From Podarcis muralis (Eukaryota): 64,000 nucleotides of DNA. Shown here piece after piece: positions 50,701 through 63,939 of the stretch. The stretch lies in assembly GCF_964188315.1 (NCBI RefSeq), contig NC_135660.1:79546001-79610000 (forward strand). Direction: 5' to 3'. The notes under the pieces are model-generated. The model saw nothing but the letters and a program-made list of their open reading frames with translations, did no database searches and had not been told where the DNA came from. The position numbers were made by a program, and so were the translations under genes. Numbering within the stretch: position 1 is the first letter of the stretch; each line of letters opens with the position of its first letter.

Positions 50701-53250
50701 GTATACTTTTCCTCTAGTGGTCATCCACCTTCCTTAAGGGAGGGGAGGGTTAATAGCGAGCGACCAGGTGAATGATGCAAACCAAAGACAGGCATCCCAC
50801 TGGACAGTCCAGTTTCTCCTGGGTAAGACTGAAAAATGTCTACCACTTGCTTCTTCCAGATATATAAACTGACCCATTCTGCAAGCAAACCAGATGAAAG
50901 TTCCTAGAAGTGAAGACATGCCTTTGGTGGGGATGGGGAATACATTTAGGTCGTCTGTGCAATTGGGGAACAATGTTCTATAGCGAAAAAGCTAAACTGG
51001 ATGAACCAAACTGCAACCCAGCATAGCGTGAGCCACAATTAAGACTGGAGTTCTTAAATGCATGTCTGGGATTAAGTCCAACTGAACTCTGGGACTTCTG
51101 AGAAGACATGCTTAGGAATGTGCTATTAAATCCTCTTGATTAATTACTTGCTAAATTGTGGCCTAGTCTTTACATATCACTTTCCCCAGGCAAGTAAGTA
51201 TGTTTTACCCACACTTGGGGCCAAGGTACAGCTTCGTTACGCAAAATTTCACAGCTGTCCCTTGAGGTAAATAATCACCCAGGTTTGGGGTTTTAGTTAT
51301 TGCAACAGATTTCTGAGAAGTGCAGTGTCAACCTTGGAAGGCCCTTTTTGTAGCAGTGTAGTGCATGTGTCCCAGTGACGCAACATCAGAGAAAAGCACA
51401 CAGTGAGTTTGGACAAACATGGCAGCTAGGTCAAATGACTAGTCGGTGTCATCTCACTTGGCTCTGACAATATCAGGTTGTCACATAAAAAATAAAAAAA
51501 ATAAAATCGGGCGCTGTTAATGTTTCAATGTAAACACGCTGCCCCTCCTTCCAGAGTTTAACGTCTGTTTGAATTTCATCCGAAATATTCCAAGTTTCCT
51601 TTCCTAATCTAGAACAAAAACAAGATGCCATGCATTTCAGTCCATTTAACTGAAACTGTAGAATAGTTGCCATGACAAATGTTATGAACCCCAAAATGAT
51701 CAGTGTGAAATACAGTGGCAGAATCTGAAAACAGTTGCCGCAAACACACACTTAGAATAAGAATGTCTTTGCTGACCTCCCCTATGGTAGGCAAAGGAGA
51801 GAGATGCCAGGTGGGTTTCTATAGGGATGGACTTCCATTCTCTGGGGCCACCACCGAGAAGGTGGCGTCCCTTGTCCTGAAGGAGTTGGGTAAGGAGAAG
51901 AACAAAGAACAAGACCCTTTCTCATGATTTAAGGATGGAACAGTTCAACACAATGATTTTGTCTACTGTTGGGGATCTCAGAATTGCTTTTAAGGGGGGA
52001 GGGTCAAGGGGGCCCAGTATTAAAGATGGATCTTTTGAAAAGGCACAGTTCTTAAGTATTACAGAATAGCACAAAAACTAAAAGTTCTCTCGGTCTCCCC
52101 CTCTCCATGCTATTGATCACCTTCTCTCTTCACACCTAAACTCTGTTCCCAAGATACAGCTAGTATGGCACTGCAGGGTTCTGAAATTGCACCCCTCCCT
52201 GTCCATTATCAATTAGCCTTGGTGATATCAGCTGGGTGTTTTGTGTTTTGTTTGGTTTCTTTTGGCCATCCCTGGAGATGGGGTGGCTTGCCCTCCCAGC
52301 CAATCAGAGGATGGCCTCTAACCACTCCTCCTCTTCCCCCACCCCACTTGGCAGCCATTCCAGAATCCCTGCCTACCGTACAAACACTGGCTAATCATTA
52401 ATCCTGTGAGGAAGTGGCTTTGGGAAGTTCATTATCGCCATGGACCCATTTAGAAGTTGAAAGGCCGAGCGTTCACGTCCACCCAAATAAAGCCATCACT
52501 CAAATCGCTTCTAGATTAAATGGGCCAACGTGATGGAAGGTCACTTAGACGTAAGGTTGCCAACTGGCCAGGAAGAACAACTGCAAAGCCAGCTTGGTTT
52601 GTTCCTGTGCCTTTAGCAAAGCTTAGGCATAACCCACACATGGACTTCTTCATGGCATGGAGCTGAACATGATCACCTCTTTAGCTGATGCAGATCTCAT
52701 TGCTGTTAAAGGCAAAGTTGACAGGGCCAGTTTGTAAGCTGACTACCCTAGTTGAACTCGGGCCGAGGAAAGTAGAGTTCAGAGCCAAATTGGGCTTTTT
52801 AAAATTAACATTAAAAGCAGCTGCTGGCGAATTGAAGGAGGATGTGGATATAGTCTAGCATCTTGTAGGGGGAGTGTTTTTTAACCGGGGAAGGAATTTA
52901 CTCCTCTCCCCATATCCCCTATCCTAGTCAGCCGTCCATTGCTGAATTCAAGAAGTTTTAACAGGGAAATACGTAAAAGGGCTGAAGGTCTAATCACAGT
53001 TCTCCCGGATCCCAAGTGGTCTTTAGCCACAAAGCACACTGGGTGCCCTCTGCTACCTAAGTCACTTTCTCCCTAATCTACTTGTAGGGCTTTTAGGTTA
53101 AAATAGGGTCGTCCCCCACTATTTTGGGGTGAGGACAGTCAGGATACTGGCACGAAAAGGGGGAAGGAGAAGTACCGGTATTTCAGATTTACCGTTGCGG
53201 GAAACATCTAAGGGTTCAAGCTTTAAGCAGTGCTTGCTTTGAACACTTCA

Positions 53251-53294
<44 letters not shown>

Positions 53295-56200
53295 GTCCCT
53301 CAACCAAAGTTATCAGGGAACGGGACAATTGATAATAATACAAAGTAAAAACTTCTGCAATAAAACTACAAAATAACCACAAACATAATATGCACGGCGT
53401 ATAATCCCAAAACAATACACAGTGTTTGTTAACCCTCATGCGCTGAATGGAACGGATGTTTTTTCCATAGGTGACGAAAAATGATGCCAACAAGCATCAA
53501 TAAGCATATATCCAACAGGAGGGAGCCATGATTGAGAAAGCCCCACCTCAAGTCGCCATGGCACATACTTTGGTTAAGGAAATGCACTGCCAGTAGGGCC
53601 TTTTCCTTAGATATTGGAGCATGGCTGGCACATACCAGGAGGGGAACTTCATCATGCATACTTGAACAGCAAAAAGTACTAGCTGGACCGGCCAGAAGGC
53701 TCACGTGAATTACAAAAGCCTCCTCGCCACACTGATGATGACCAGACATGGGCACAAAATGTCTGAAAGGCTATGGAAAGTGCAGTCCTAAACCACGTCT
53801 GCTCAGAAACAACTCCTGTTTAATTCACTGGGGCTCCTCCCAGATAAGCAGGGTTAAGATCGCAGCCTTTGTCTTTGTGTACAGAACTGATCCGAGAAAC
53901 ACACACAAGGAGTTTTAGCTGCACCACCAAGGACTTTGATGCCACTGACGGGGCAGAGAATCCTTGTACCTACCCCTCTGCCAGCTCGCCTGCCAGCCTG
54001 CTTGCCCACACACTACTGAGTGTCTCTTTTCAACATGATCCAATCTGGCTTTTTTCTGATCCACATGGATTTGCTGTTATCAAAATATCAAATTCCGCTT
54101 CTGTTCCCCCCCCGGCAAGTCTAGGGCTTCTTCTCCAGTGAAAGTTTACATCCTACCTTCTAGCCAGCTTCCTCTCCGGTCTCCTTAGCAGGTCTGTCGA
54201 TTTTGTAGATCAGGCATGTCCAACAGGTTGATCACGACCCACTGGGTCGATTGTGGGGCGTTGCTGGTCAATCCTCTGGCTCCCTAAAAAAAGTTGAACA
54301 ACTCTGGTCCATCCTCCAATGACAATGGGTAGATCACTGCCAGTTTTTTTTATACTGTGAGCAGATCACAATCTCTTATGAGTTGGATGTGCATGTTGTA
54401 GATCATGTCATTTCTTCCAACCCGGACCCTGCAATCATCCTCTGAGGCCCTTCTTCATGTGCCTTCTCCATGAGAGGTCTGGAGGGCACTAACATGAGAA
54501 TGGGCCTTTTCTGTGGTGGCTCCTCACTTCTGGAATGCTCTCCCCTGAGAGGCTCACCTGGCACCTTCATTACATATCTTTCAGTGTTAGGCAAAAACAT
54601 TCTTCTTTTCCCTGGCCTTTGCCTCATTGAACAATCTATGGCCTTTTAAGGAAGGGACGCAGGTGGCGCTGTGGTCTAAACCACTAAGCCTAGGGCTTGC
54701 CGATCAGAAGGTTGGCGGTTCGAATCCCCACGATGGAGTGAGCTCCCTTTGTTCAGTCCCTGCTCCTGCCCACCTGGCAGTTCAAAAGCATGTCAAAGTG
54801 CAAGTAGATAAATAGGTACCACTCTGGCAGGAAGGTAAACGGCGTTTCCATGCGCTGCTCTGGTTTTCCAGAAGTGGCTTAGTCATGCTGGCCACATGAC
54901 CTGGAAGCCGTCTGTGGACAAACTCCGGCTCCCTCAGACTATAGAGCGAGATGAGCGTGCAACCCCAGAGTGGTTCGTGACTGGACTTAATGGTCAGGGG
55001 TCCCTTTACCTTTACCTTATGGCCTTTTAAACTGTGTGTGCGAGGAGAATGGTTTTTGTTTGTTACAATAGTATGTACAGTGGTACCTCGGTTTACGAAC
55101 AGCCCTGTTTACGAACTATTCAGTTAATGAACTCTGCAAAACCAGAAGTAGTGTCCCGGGTTTGTGAACTTTACCTCAGTCTACAAGCAGAAACTGAACG
55201 GTGGAAGGGCACCGGCGGCGAAAGGCCTCATTAGGGAAAGCATGCCTCTGTTTAAGAATGGATTCAGTATAAGAACGGACTTCAGGAACGGATTAAGTTT
55301 ATAAACCGAGGTACCACTGTATTCTTGTGTTTTTATATTGTAAACCACCCTGTGATCCTCAGATGAAGGGCAGTATAGAAATTTAATTAATTAACAACAA
55401 TAATAAAAATATTAAAGAAGCATTGAGTTAGCCCAAGTTAAATCAGATATTGTCATGCTTGGAATTAATCAGTCCAGTATCAAGCAGCATGCTAGTACTG
55501 TGATCCAAGTTGGGGTATCATGCAGTAAGTGTTCCCTGTTTCCAGCTACGAAGTCAGGATTCTGAGAAGTTGCTAGTCAGTTAATATTGGCCAACCCTCT
55601 CAAGTAACACCTTCTACAATATGTTGATGAATATCTGGTGTCCCAGGTTGGCAACAGGGCAGAAAGAGGAGGCACTTCTCTTGTTTATTTTATTTTATCT
55701 ATGCTTTTCATATTCATACATTTCACTAATTTTACAATCATTTTTACATTTTAAAGCTTGACTTCCTTTCCCCATTTTTCTGCGGTTCCTTAAATTTATT
55801 TTTAATATCTTCTGCATTTCCAGATTAATTTAATTGCTAATTTATTCATCTACTTTAAAGATATAAAACTGCAGGTTATTGCAATAATCCTGCCCATGTT
55901 CTTATCTGTTTACAATTTTTCTGCAAATATTCCATAAACCATTTCCATTCTTTTATAAAAAGTTTGTTATCTTGATTTCTTATTCTTCCGGTAACTTTCA
56001 CCATTTCTGCATATTCCATAAGCTTTTGTATCCATTCTTCCTTTGCTGGGACTTCTGCTTCTTTCTACTTTGGGGCAAGTAACATTCTCCACTTGCCAAG
56101 CTTGGCTGTCCACCACCACAGTGGATGTCTTCCAATTTAGGGTCCGGGGAGATGGAGCAGAAGACCGGTTGGCCTCTGTTTCTGTGAGGCAAGGGGCCGG

Positions 56201-59200
56201 CTTTCTCGAGCCACATTTCCTTCTGCTTTGCTGGGCTGAGGTGCAACCTCAGAAACAGGTCCTTTAGGGTAAGTGAGCTCTGCCCCAAGAATGGGGAATC
56301 TGGCCCTCCAGATGTTCTTGGACTCCAACTGCCACCAGCCCCATGCAACATGACCCAACGGTCAGAGAGATTGAGTCCAGCAACACCTGGAAGGCCAGAG
56401 GTTTCCCATCCCTGCTCACTTTACTCTTCCCCTGCATACTTCAGATGACTTCCCACTGTGAATTGGGAGGACTAGAGGATCTCAATCTGGGGTGGTGGTG
56501 GTGGAATTCATTTGAGACTTGCTCTGCCGGCAGCTGTGGCCTTAGCAGTATCTGATCTTTGCAGGCACATTCCCTCTGTATCTTGTTTCATTTTTGTCTC
56601 GGCCATGCTGGTCTGGTCACCGGTGGAACTGAATTCTACTCCAATCTGTCTTTGCTCCTTCAAAGCCTTAGAGCTGGGACAATCTCATGGGCAGGGTAGC
56701 TCAGTGGCGTAGCGTGGGTTGTCAGCACCCGGGGCAAGGCAAGTAATTTGCGCCCCCTAACTCTCACTCTGAGTGAGTGAGCCAGGTAGGGGCAGAGAGC
56801 TGCGAGTGCGAGTGCCCCCCCCAGATGTTGCTCCCGGTGCGGCCGGCCCCCCCTGCACCCCCCACGCTACGCCACTGGGGTAGCTCTTCCCAATATTATG
56901 AAAAGACGCAAAATGAGAAATGGGTTGTTCACCATCTCTGTATGCTCTATAACAGACATATGATTAGTAGCTTTTGGGGGGCAAATTGTAGCACACGGCT
57001 TGGCTTTTTAATGGATTCAATTTGTTGATTTTTTTTAGGTGGAGGCAGGCTGCATGCATATGATAGAGCTATAAAATGCAGAGTATCTAAACAAAACTTT
57101 CCGCTTGATAATCCCATGTGTCGAAAGCAGCGCATGTTTCTGGTTTCTTCTCTCAGTTGCCCAACTGATCTCTTTCAGATAAGATATGTGATCAGATCAG
57201 CGATGCCGTGCTTGATGCCCACCTGAAGCAAGATCCAAACGCCAAGGTTGCTTGTGGTAAGAGACTGTGTCTGAAATGATGGCTGCTCTGCACTTACCAG
57301 CCAAACATAATTGCGATAGGTAGTGGGTGGCATGGGGAACCCATATATTGCAAGGACCACTAGCAGAAGTGTCAAAAGCAGGTGGAAAGTTTTGCATAGC
57401 CCCTCCAAACTGTTTCCCAGATTGTATCTGTCTCCCTGTTCTTGCAACAGAACTCAAGGGATGCCTGCAAAATCCATACCCTGCATTCCATTCCTTGGTC
57501 ACGCCAGAGTGTGACAAAGATGGAACCCAGGAACTGGCAAAAATGCATATAAAAGTACATCTCTACAAAGAAATCATTTGGGGGTGGGGCCAGAGGAATG
57601 AGGTTCCTCACACCCAGTTTTGCTTTCATTTCTACCCCTATGACTTTAAGTTCTCACTTTGTTTTTTGTTGTTTAAATTATGCCAATAAAGGCTGAATGA
57701 TGAACAATAAGGTTCTCACTTGAGAGGCTTTGTCTACCCGCTTGGGTGGATAGAAAGCTTGGGGAGCATATCTGTTGCTTTGTTTTTTGCTGGTTGACAC
57801 TGGTCTACTTACTATTGAATGAGTTGTACAGTGGTACCTTGGTTGTTGAATGCAATCCATTCCGGAAGACCGTTTGACTTCCGAAACGTTTGACAACCGA
57901 GGCGCAAAGGGCGGTTGGCAAAGTCAATGGAGAAAATGGAAAAACACGCAGCGGAAGCTGTTTGACTTCCGAGGCGCGTTTGAAAATGAAAGCACTTGCT
58001 TCTGGGTTTTCGGCATCCAAAAACCAAAATGTTTGGCTTCTGAGATGCTCAAAAACCGAGGTACCACAGTATACCTATCTGCCTTCAGTCCCTGAAACAA
58101 TCTCATGAGAGGGGCAAGTCACTGCAGTATGATGAGCAGGCACAAAATGGGAAGTGAGTTATTCTCAGTGTGTATACAGCCGTACCTTGGTTCTCGAACG
58201 GAATCCGTTCCAGAAGTCGTTCGACTTCTGAAAATGTTGGAAAACCAAGGTATGGCTTCTGATTGGCTGCAGGAGCTTCCTGCCCTCAATCAGAAGCCGC
58301 ATTGGACGTTTGGCTTCCCGAAAATGTTTGGAAACCGGAACACTCACTTCTGGGTTTGCGGCGTTTGGGAGCCAAAATTTTCGAGTTTCAAGGTGTTCGT
58401 GAACCAAGGTACCACTGTATATACACGCTAGATAGTGATAGGTACCCAAGAGCAAATAACATGCTTACTGTAAATGAATATTCGAGCCAACCTAATAGAG
58501 TTTCCCCCTTGTTTTCCCTTCCCCCACAGAGAGTGTGTGCAAAACAGGGATGGTGCTGCTCTGCGGGGAGATCACATCCAGAGCGGTGGTGGATTACCAG
58601 CAGATCGTCCGAGACACAATTATGAACATAGGCTATGATGATTCAGCTAAAGGTTGGTGATAAAACAATGGAATGATGCTAGGTCACTGCTTGGCCAAAA
58701 AGCTGCAGAACTAGTCCCTCTCTGCTTGCCTGCTCACCCAAGAAAAGGAAGAACCTGATGCAACTGGTGCTGTGGATTGCTTAGCTGCCACCAGGAGACA
58801 AGTTCCCAGCTCCTTTAATAAGGAACAGGAAAAACTATTTACTGGGAGGTTAAAGGTTATCTCAGGGTTGAAGTCGTGGGTGTCCTTTGCACTGGGCCAC
58901 TTTGTAGCATTCCTGCTATTCATGGCATACTTGACTTCTTGAGCCCACAAAGCTGTCAGGCCTTAAACAGACTAAGACTTTTTACTGAGGCCAAGATTAT
59001 ATTTTTACATCAGCTCATGCGGTGCAATTCATCAGGAGGTGTGCTAGCTGGTGGCAGCTGGTAATATTATTCTCATTTTTTACCTGTTGCCTAAATATAG
59101 CTGATGTGGAGAATTGCCGTAGTTCACTTGGAAGTGAGTTCCCATGTGCGAAGTGTGGACACTTAAAAGTTATTATGGAGGGGAGAAATAAATGCACAGT

Positions 59201-62200
59201 TGGCATTTTTGGTGCCAACCACACATTTAGCATTTTGCCCATGGCTTGTTCCCAGTGCATCAGAATGCAGTGCAGTCAATTAACGCATGCAAAGAAAGCA
59301 AAGATGAAACAATGTAAATCTGAAATGAACAGGGCACCAAGACAGCACCCTACATTGGTCGGTGTTAAGCGCCACCGCCACAACTTCTACTGCTCTTAAT
59401 GAGTTGGCAGTTCCCCAAGGCTGAATTTTGGGGTGCGGTTCTTTTGCTTTTTGTTTAAAGTCAGGAGAGCAATTGTGGAGGTCCCATGAAATTTGTTATT
59501 TAGGAGACCACTGTAAGGAGATGGAAACAGAAGCAGGGTTTTGATTTCACTTGTAGTGTAAAAATTACCATGGATAATATGGTTCGATATAAAAAATGGA
59601 TTATGGATGAATATGCAGTAGTAGATATTTGAAATGAGACCCCATGAAGAGGATGGGGGGAAGTCCTGAGATTTGGAGATATTTTTTCTTATTCTTTGTT
59701 TATTTGTACTTTGTATGGTGGCGCTGTGGGTAAAAGCCTCGGCGCCTAGGGCTTGCCGATCGAAAGGTCGGCGGTTCGAATCCCCGCGGCGGGGTGCGCT
59801 CCCGTCGCTCGGTCCCAGCGCCTGCCAACCTAGCAGTTCGAAAGCACCCCCGGGTGCAAGTAGATAAATAGGGACCGCTTACTGGCGGGAAGGTAAACGG
59901 CGTTCCGTGTGCTGCGCTGGCTTGCCAGATGCAGCTTTGTCACGCTGGCCACGTGACCCGGAAGTGTCTTCGGACAGCGCTGGCCCCCGGCCTCTAGAGT
60001 GAGATGAGCGCACAACCCTAGAGTCTGTCAAGACTGGCCCGTACGGGCAGGGGTACCTTTACCTTTATTTGTAAAACCAATAAAAACTTTTTTTAAAAAA
60101 TGGAATGAAATACCACCATTTTTAACCCTGCTCCTTCTGAGAATTCTTTAGTCTTCCCTTCCTGGAAGGCCACACCCTCCGTAGAACTAGAACCTGTCAT
60201 CCCTTCTGGGGAAGGATGTTTGCAACCTAGTAAAAACATTTCTCCTCCGCAGGCTTTGACTACAAGACTTGTAACGTTCTTGTTGCATTGGAGCAACAGT
60301 CGCCCGATATTGCCCAGGGCGTGCATCTGCACAGGTCGGAAGAAGAGGTTGGCGCTGGGGACCAGGTAATCATTGCGAGAACATTAAAAAAATATTCCAT
60401 CTTTATATCCGCCAGAAGTATTCATCTTGGTGAAACGTGCCAGTAAGCAGCTGGGGGTTGATTTGCACCTTGCATTTCAGGATTCAGTCACCAGGATTAT
60501 GAAAGGGAACATGTAAAATGCTTCCTCGGGACTCCCTACCACTTGAGGGAATACAAAATAGCATTTATAAAAATGAAACACTAAAGGGAGGAGCTGTATC
60601 AAGGAGGAAAGAGGAACCTGATTCTAGAATGAAAAAGGAGAAATAATCTTGTGAAGCGAATTCTAAGGATGCTAATACATGAAAAGTAGTAGTTGTTGTT
60701 GTCTTCTTTTTGCTAATGGAAAATAATTGCTCCTTTCCCACTGCAGGGCCTGATGTTTGGCTATGCCACCGACGAAACAGAAGAATGTATGCCCCTGACC
60801 ATCATGCTCGCTCACAAACTGAATGCCAAAATGGCCGAGCTGAGGCGCAACGGGGTCCTCCCTTGGCTTAGGCCGGACTCCAAAACCCAGGTACTTCCAT
60901 GGGTTTAGCCCAGATTATTTCTCTTCTGCTCATAACTAGGGCCTATCCATTTGACCATTCTTTGGCGTCGGGAGGCCTGCGCATGTTATGTTTTTGGACG
61001 TGATTCTTGCTCTTCTGTGAGAACCATGGGTTGGAGGAACGCGAGATCTGTAAATGGAATGAAGTTCCCTCCTTTATCGAGCAGACTTCTCTAAAAGCCT
61101 CTCTGGAGGACTTGGGGACCCTCTTGAATGGTATGGGCTGGGCCAAGGGGGTGCTGCCGTGGGAAGAGGATGTGGCCCCCCAATGGGCAGAGATCCCTTG
61201 GTGCAAGCAGAGTTGTCCATTTTTTTTTTGTAGGGAAGCCATTCAGAGTTGGGCCAAGCCCCAAATGGGGGCACAGTTGTTGTTTTGGGGTCAGTTTGCC
61301 AGTTTTGGGGTGTGCTATTTCTCCCGCCGCCACCCTACAGTTCACAATTGCTTCCTTCGCTCCCAGATCACAGTTCAGTACGTCCAGAAAGATGGCGTCG
61401 TCATCCCAGTGCGTGTCCATACTATTGTCATCTCAGTGCAGCACGACGAGACCATCTCTCTGGATGCCATGCGCAAGGCCCTCCAGGAGCATGTCATCAA
61501 AGCTGTGGTTCCACTCAGATATTTAGATGACAATACGGTCTACCATCTTCAGCCTAGTGGCCGGTTTGTTATTGGAGGACCTCAGGTAAGTATGTGTTCA
61601 CTGATATGTGGGTAGACATGAGGAAATCTATTATCGCTTCTCTTAGGTTCTCCTGAAATGCATATTTATGTTATGACTGGTACTTCCCGCCCCCCCAAAT
61701 CAACTCTGGAGGCATACCCTCAAAAGGTACATGCCCCAAAGAAAACAAATAAACATTTCCCTCCATCACAGTGGTTTTCAAGCTTTCTAATTTCAGGGTA
61801 CCGTTTCACATTGTCTTAGCCGTTGAGAAAAACGTGCATGTCTGCCAGGGTACCCTTGTGTGTTGCAGAGAATTCTGAGGGTGCTTTTAAGGATACATAT
61901 ACAGTGTAAACTTGCAATTATTTTATATCATTTATTTTCACGTATATTTACTTAGGGCTACACATAGTTCCTCCTGCCAACCTAGCAGTTCGAAAGCACG
62001 TCAAAGTGCAAGTAGATAAATAGGTACCTCTCCGGCGGGAAGGTAAACAGCGTTTCCGTGCGCTGCTCTGTTTCACCAGAAGTGGCTTAGTCATGCTGGC
62101 CACATCATGCCCCGGAATCTGTATGCCGACTCCCTCGGCCAGTAAAGTGAGAAGAGTGCCGCAACCCCAGAGTCTGTCATGCTTGGACCTAATGGTCACG

Positions 62201-62729
62201 GGTCCCTTTACCTTTACACATAGTTCACGGTAGTAGGCAGGATCTTAAGTCCTAAGATGAAGTGTTTCTCAAACTTGGGTTCCCCTGCTGTTGTTGAACT
62301 ACAACCCCATCATCCCTAGCTAGCAGGACCAGTGGTCAGGGATGATGGGAATTGTTGTCCAACAACAGCTGAGGACCCGAGTTTGAGAAACACAGAGGAA
62401 AGAGAGGAAATATGTGGCAGTTTTCTGGGACAACTTCTTCCGAGACCTCTTGATAGGTTGTTGTTGTTGTTTTCCATTTTGTGGCATTTGCCGCTTTTCC
62501 ATCTCATTAAGATTTAAAAGTGACGCTTGCCATTGCAATATTGCAGGGGGACGCTGGAGTTACTGGACGGAAGATCATTGTGGATACTTACGGCGGATGG
62601 GGAGCCCATGGGGGTGGGGCTTTTTCGGGCAAAGACTACACAAAGGTGGATCGGTCAGCAGCATACGCAGCCCGGTGGGTTGCCAAGTCCTTGGTGAAAG
62701 CTGGGCTTTGCCGCCGTGTCTTGGTCCAG
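47704..62729 (+). CDS. MAT1A: S-adenosylmethionine synthase isoform 1 (methionine adenosyltransferase 1A), coding exons 1-7; 3' exons beyond window
   Basis: Exons 47704-47803 ([33 protein letters not shown]), 57179-57256 (78 nt), 58530-58652 (123), 60253-60365 (113), 60747-60890 (144), 61367-61585 (219), 62547-62729 (183). All are GT-AG with consistent phases. SAM-synthase signatures GHPDK, GAGDQG and GGGAFSGKD are present. The LCDH N-terminus, [15 protein letters not shown] and adjacency to DYDC1 favour MAT1A over MAT2A. Confidence 0.96.
53252..53290. repeat. (ATT)n microsatellite, probably the tail of an old minus-strand LINE
   Basis: Direct read. Confidence 0.9.
54211..54395. mobile_element. 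hAT MITE
   Basis: CAGGCATGTCCAAC / GTTGGATGTGCATG; perfect 8-bp TSD TTGTAGAT. Confidence 0.88.
54653..55017 (+). mobile_element. Sauria SINE (A-type tail) nested in an old L2-type 3' fragment (about 54440-55400)
   Basis: TSD TATGGCCTTTTAA at 54637-54649 and 55018-55030. Confidence 0.92.
55078..55319. mobile_element. Tc1/mariner MITE
   Basis: TA|CAGTGGTACCTCGG...CCGAGGTACCACTG|TA. Confidence 0.9.
55680..56095 (-). mobile_element. L1 LINE 3' fragment
   Basis: Minus strand reads [46 protein letters not shown]. Confidence 0.8.
56702..56877. mobile_element. hAT MITE (CAGTGGCGTAGC TIR), sibling of 28261-28439 with a different core
   Basis: Perfect 8-bp TSD GGGTAGCT at 56694-56701 and 56878-56885. 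Confidence 0.93.
57829..58069. mobile_element. Tc1/mariner MITE in MAT1A intron 2
   Basis: TA-flanked CAGTGGTACCT / AGGTACCACAG. Confidence 0.85.
58177..58417. mobile_element. Tc1/mariner MITE in MAT1A intron 2
   Basis: TA-flanked CAGCCGTACCTTGG / CCAAGGTACCACTG. Confidence 0.85.
59717..60066 (+). mobile_element. Sauria SINE, subfamily B, nested in an L1-like 3' UTR remnant
   Basis: B-type tail GGCCCGTACGGGCAGGGGTACCTTTACC; flanking TTTATTTGTA repeat. Confidence 0.92.
61971..62214 (+). mobile_element. Sauria SINE, subfamily A, 5' truncated, in MAT1A intron 6
   Basis: TSD TACACATAGTTC at 61959-61970 and 62215-62226. Confidence 0.92.
62260..62395. mobile_element. Palindromic MITE
   Basis: AGTGTTTCTCAAACTTGGGT...ACCCGAGTTTGAGAAACAC hairpin. 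Confidence 0.85.
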
Positions 62730-62843
62730 GTAAGTTCTGGTTTTGTCCTCTTCCGCCCTTTTCTCACCTAGCAGCCGTCAGCAGAAATGAAGCGTTGTGG
62801 CACATTCGTGGCTGCCTGCTGCTGAAGCCATCAAGCCCACATT

Positions 62844-62890
62844 TCCTCCTCCTCCTTCTTCTCCTCCTCCTCCTCCTCCTCCATTCCTCC
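62844..62890. repeat. (CCT)n microsatellite
   Basis: Direct read. Confidence 0.9.
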
Positions 62891-63242
62891 TGCTGCAGAG
62901 TCTAAAGTACAAACTGCACTGTATCACGGCGAAAGGTTACCAGGCAGAGAGCGGAAGCAAAGTGTGTGGCTGCTGTTTCTGGGGGTAGTTGTAGCCCTGC
63001 AACAGCTACTTCCTGCTTGAGAGACGTGGCTTCCTGTGGGGAACTGCTATATTAAGGATATCATTGAGGCAGTTGTATCTGATAGGTTCAGTATATAAGA
63101 AGTGGCTGTATACAGAGGCAGGTCGGTAGCCCCTCTAGCCCTCTACTTACCTGAATTCTTTTAAGCACAGAGAATGTAACAGTTATCTTAGCAGTCTTTG
63201 AAACAATTCTATAGGGAAGTTCAGTACTGCATTCTCGAGGTT

Positions 63243-63376
63243 CAGCTCCCCTCCAATTTGGGTCTCCAGCTGTTGCTGGACTACAATTCCCATCATCCCT
63301 AGGTAGCAGGACCGGTGCTCAGGGATGATGGGAGTTGTAGTCCAACAATAGCTGGGGACCCAGGTTGGAGAACTAC
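63243..63376. mobile_element. Palindromic MITE
   Basis: Same GGACTACAATTCCCATCATCCCT core. Confidence 0.8.
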
Positions 63377-63403
63377 CATTTAGAGTCTGGACTTAATGGA
63401 ACG

Positions 63404-63575
63404 TGGGAAGTTGCCTTACACCAAGTCAAGCAATTAGTCTGTCTAGCTTAGTAGCATCTACACTGACTGGCAGTGACTCTCCGGGAATTTTAGGTAGGAA
63501 TCTCTCCCAGCCCTACCTAGAGATGCTGGTGATTAAACCCAGGAGCCTCTGCCTGTTTAGCAGAAGCTCTGCTGT
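63404..63575 (-). mobile_element. tRNA-derived SINE, Squam2-like, degraded
   Basis: Minus strand: ...GGTAGGGCTGGGAGAGA...GTCAGTGTAGA...AGCTAGA...TGGTGTAAGGCAACTTCC. Confidence 0.6.
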
Positions 63576-63800
63576 TGACTTGTAGCCTTTCTTCCAGTGC
63601 CCTTAGGGTGGGCTTGCTCTGGGCTTAACGCTCTCATAGGCAATCCACTCATCAGATGGCAATGTGTAGTGTGGTTCACTGCTCTACAGTGTGGTCTTGC
63701 GGTCCTCCTGCATTTCTCCACCAAAGCCCGTCTGTGACAGCACCACTGGAGGCCCTGCTTTGCTTCAGCTTTTAAAACCAGACGCATGCGCCCTGCACAC

Positions 63801-63939
63801 CAGTGTTTCTCAAACGTGGCTCCTTGGCTGTTGTTGTTTTACTACAGCTCTCATTATTCCTAGCTAGCAGGACCGGTGGTCTGGGATGATGGAGGTTGTA
63901 GCCCATCAACAGCTGGGGCCCAACAGCTGGAAAATACTG
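63801..63939. mobile_element. Palindromic MITE
   Basis: CAGTGTTTCTC...AAAATACTG; TSD CTGCACAC / CTCTACAC. Confidence 0.8.

Noticed and set aside
45600-58770. TGATGCAAN amino-acid-response-like and HNF4-like motifs near MAT1A
   Set aside because: Short or imperfect matches expected by chance; no conservation data available.
61336-61345. METTL16/m6A-regulated TACAG splice acceptor upstream of MAT1A exon 6
   Set aside because: The context is TACAGTTCAC, not the UACAGARAA consensus, and no hairpin is evident; the 3' UTR is outside the window.
61007-61615. 202-aa ORF as a separate gene or retained-intron isoform
   Set aside because: It is MAT1A exon 6 plus open intronic flanks; intron 5 is 476 nt, so retention shifts the frame.
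47704-62729. Calling the gene MAT2A
   Set aside because: Exon 4 looks MAT2A-like, but the N-terminus, exon 3 residues and DYDC1 adjacency fit MAT1A.
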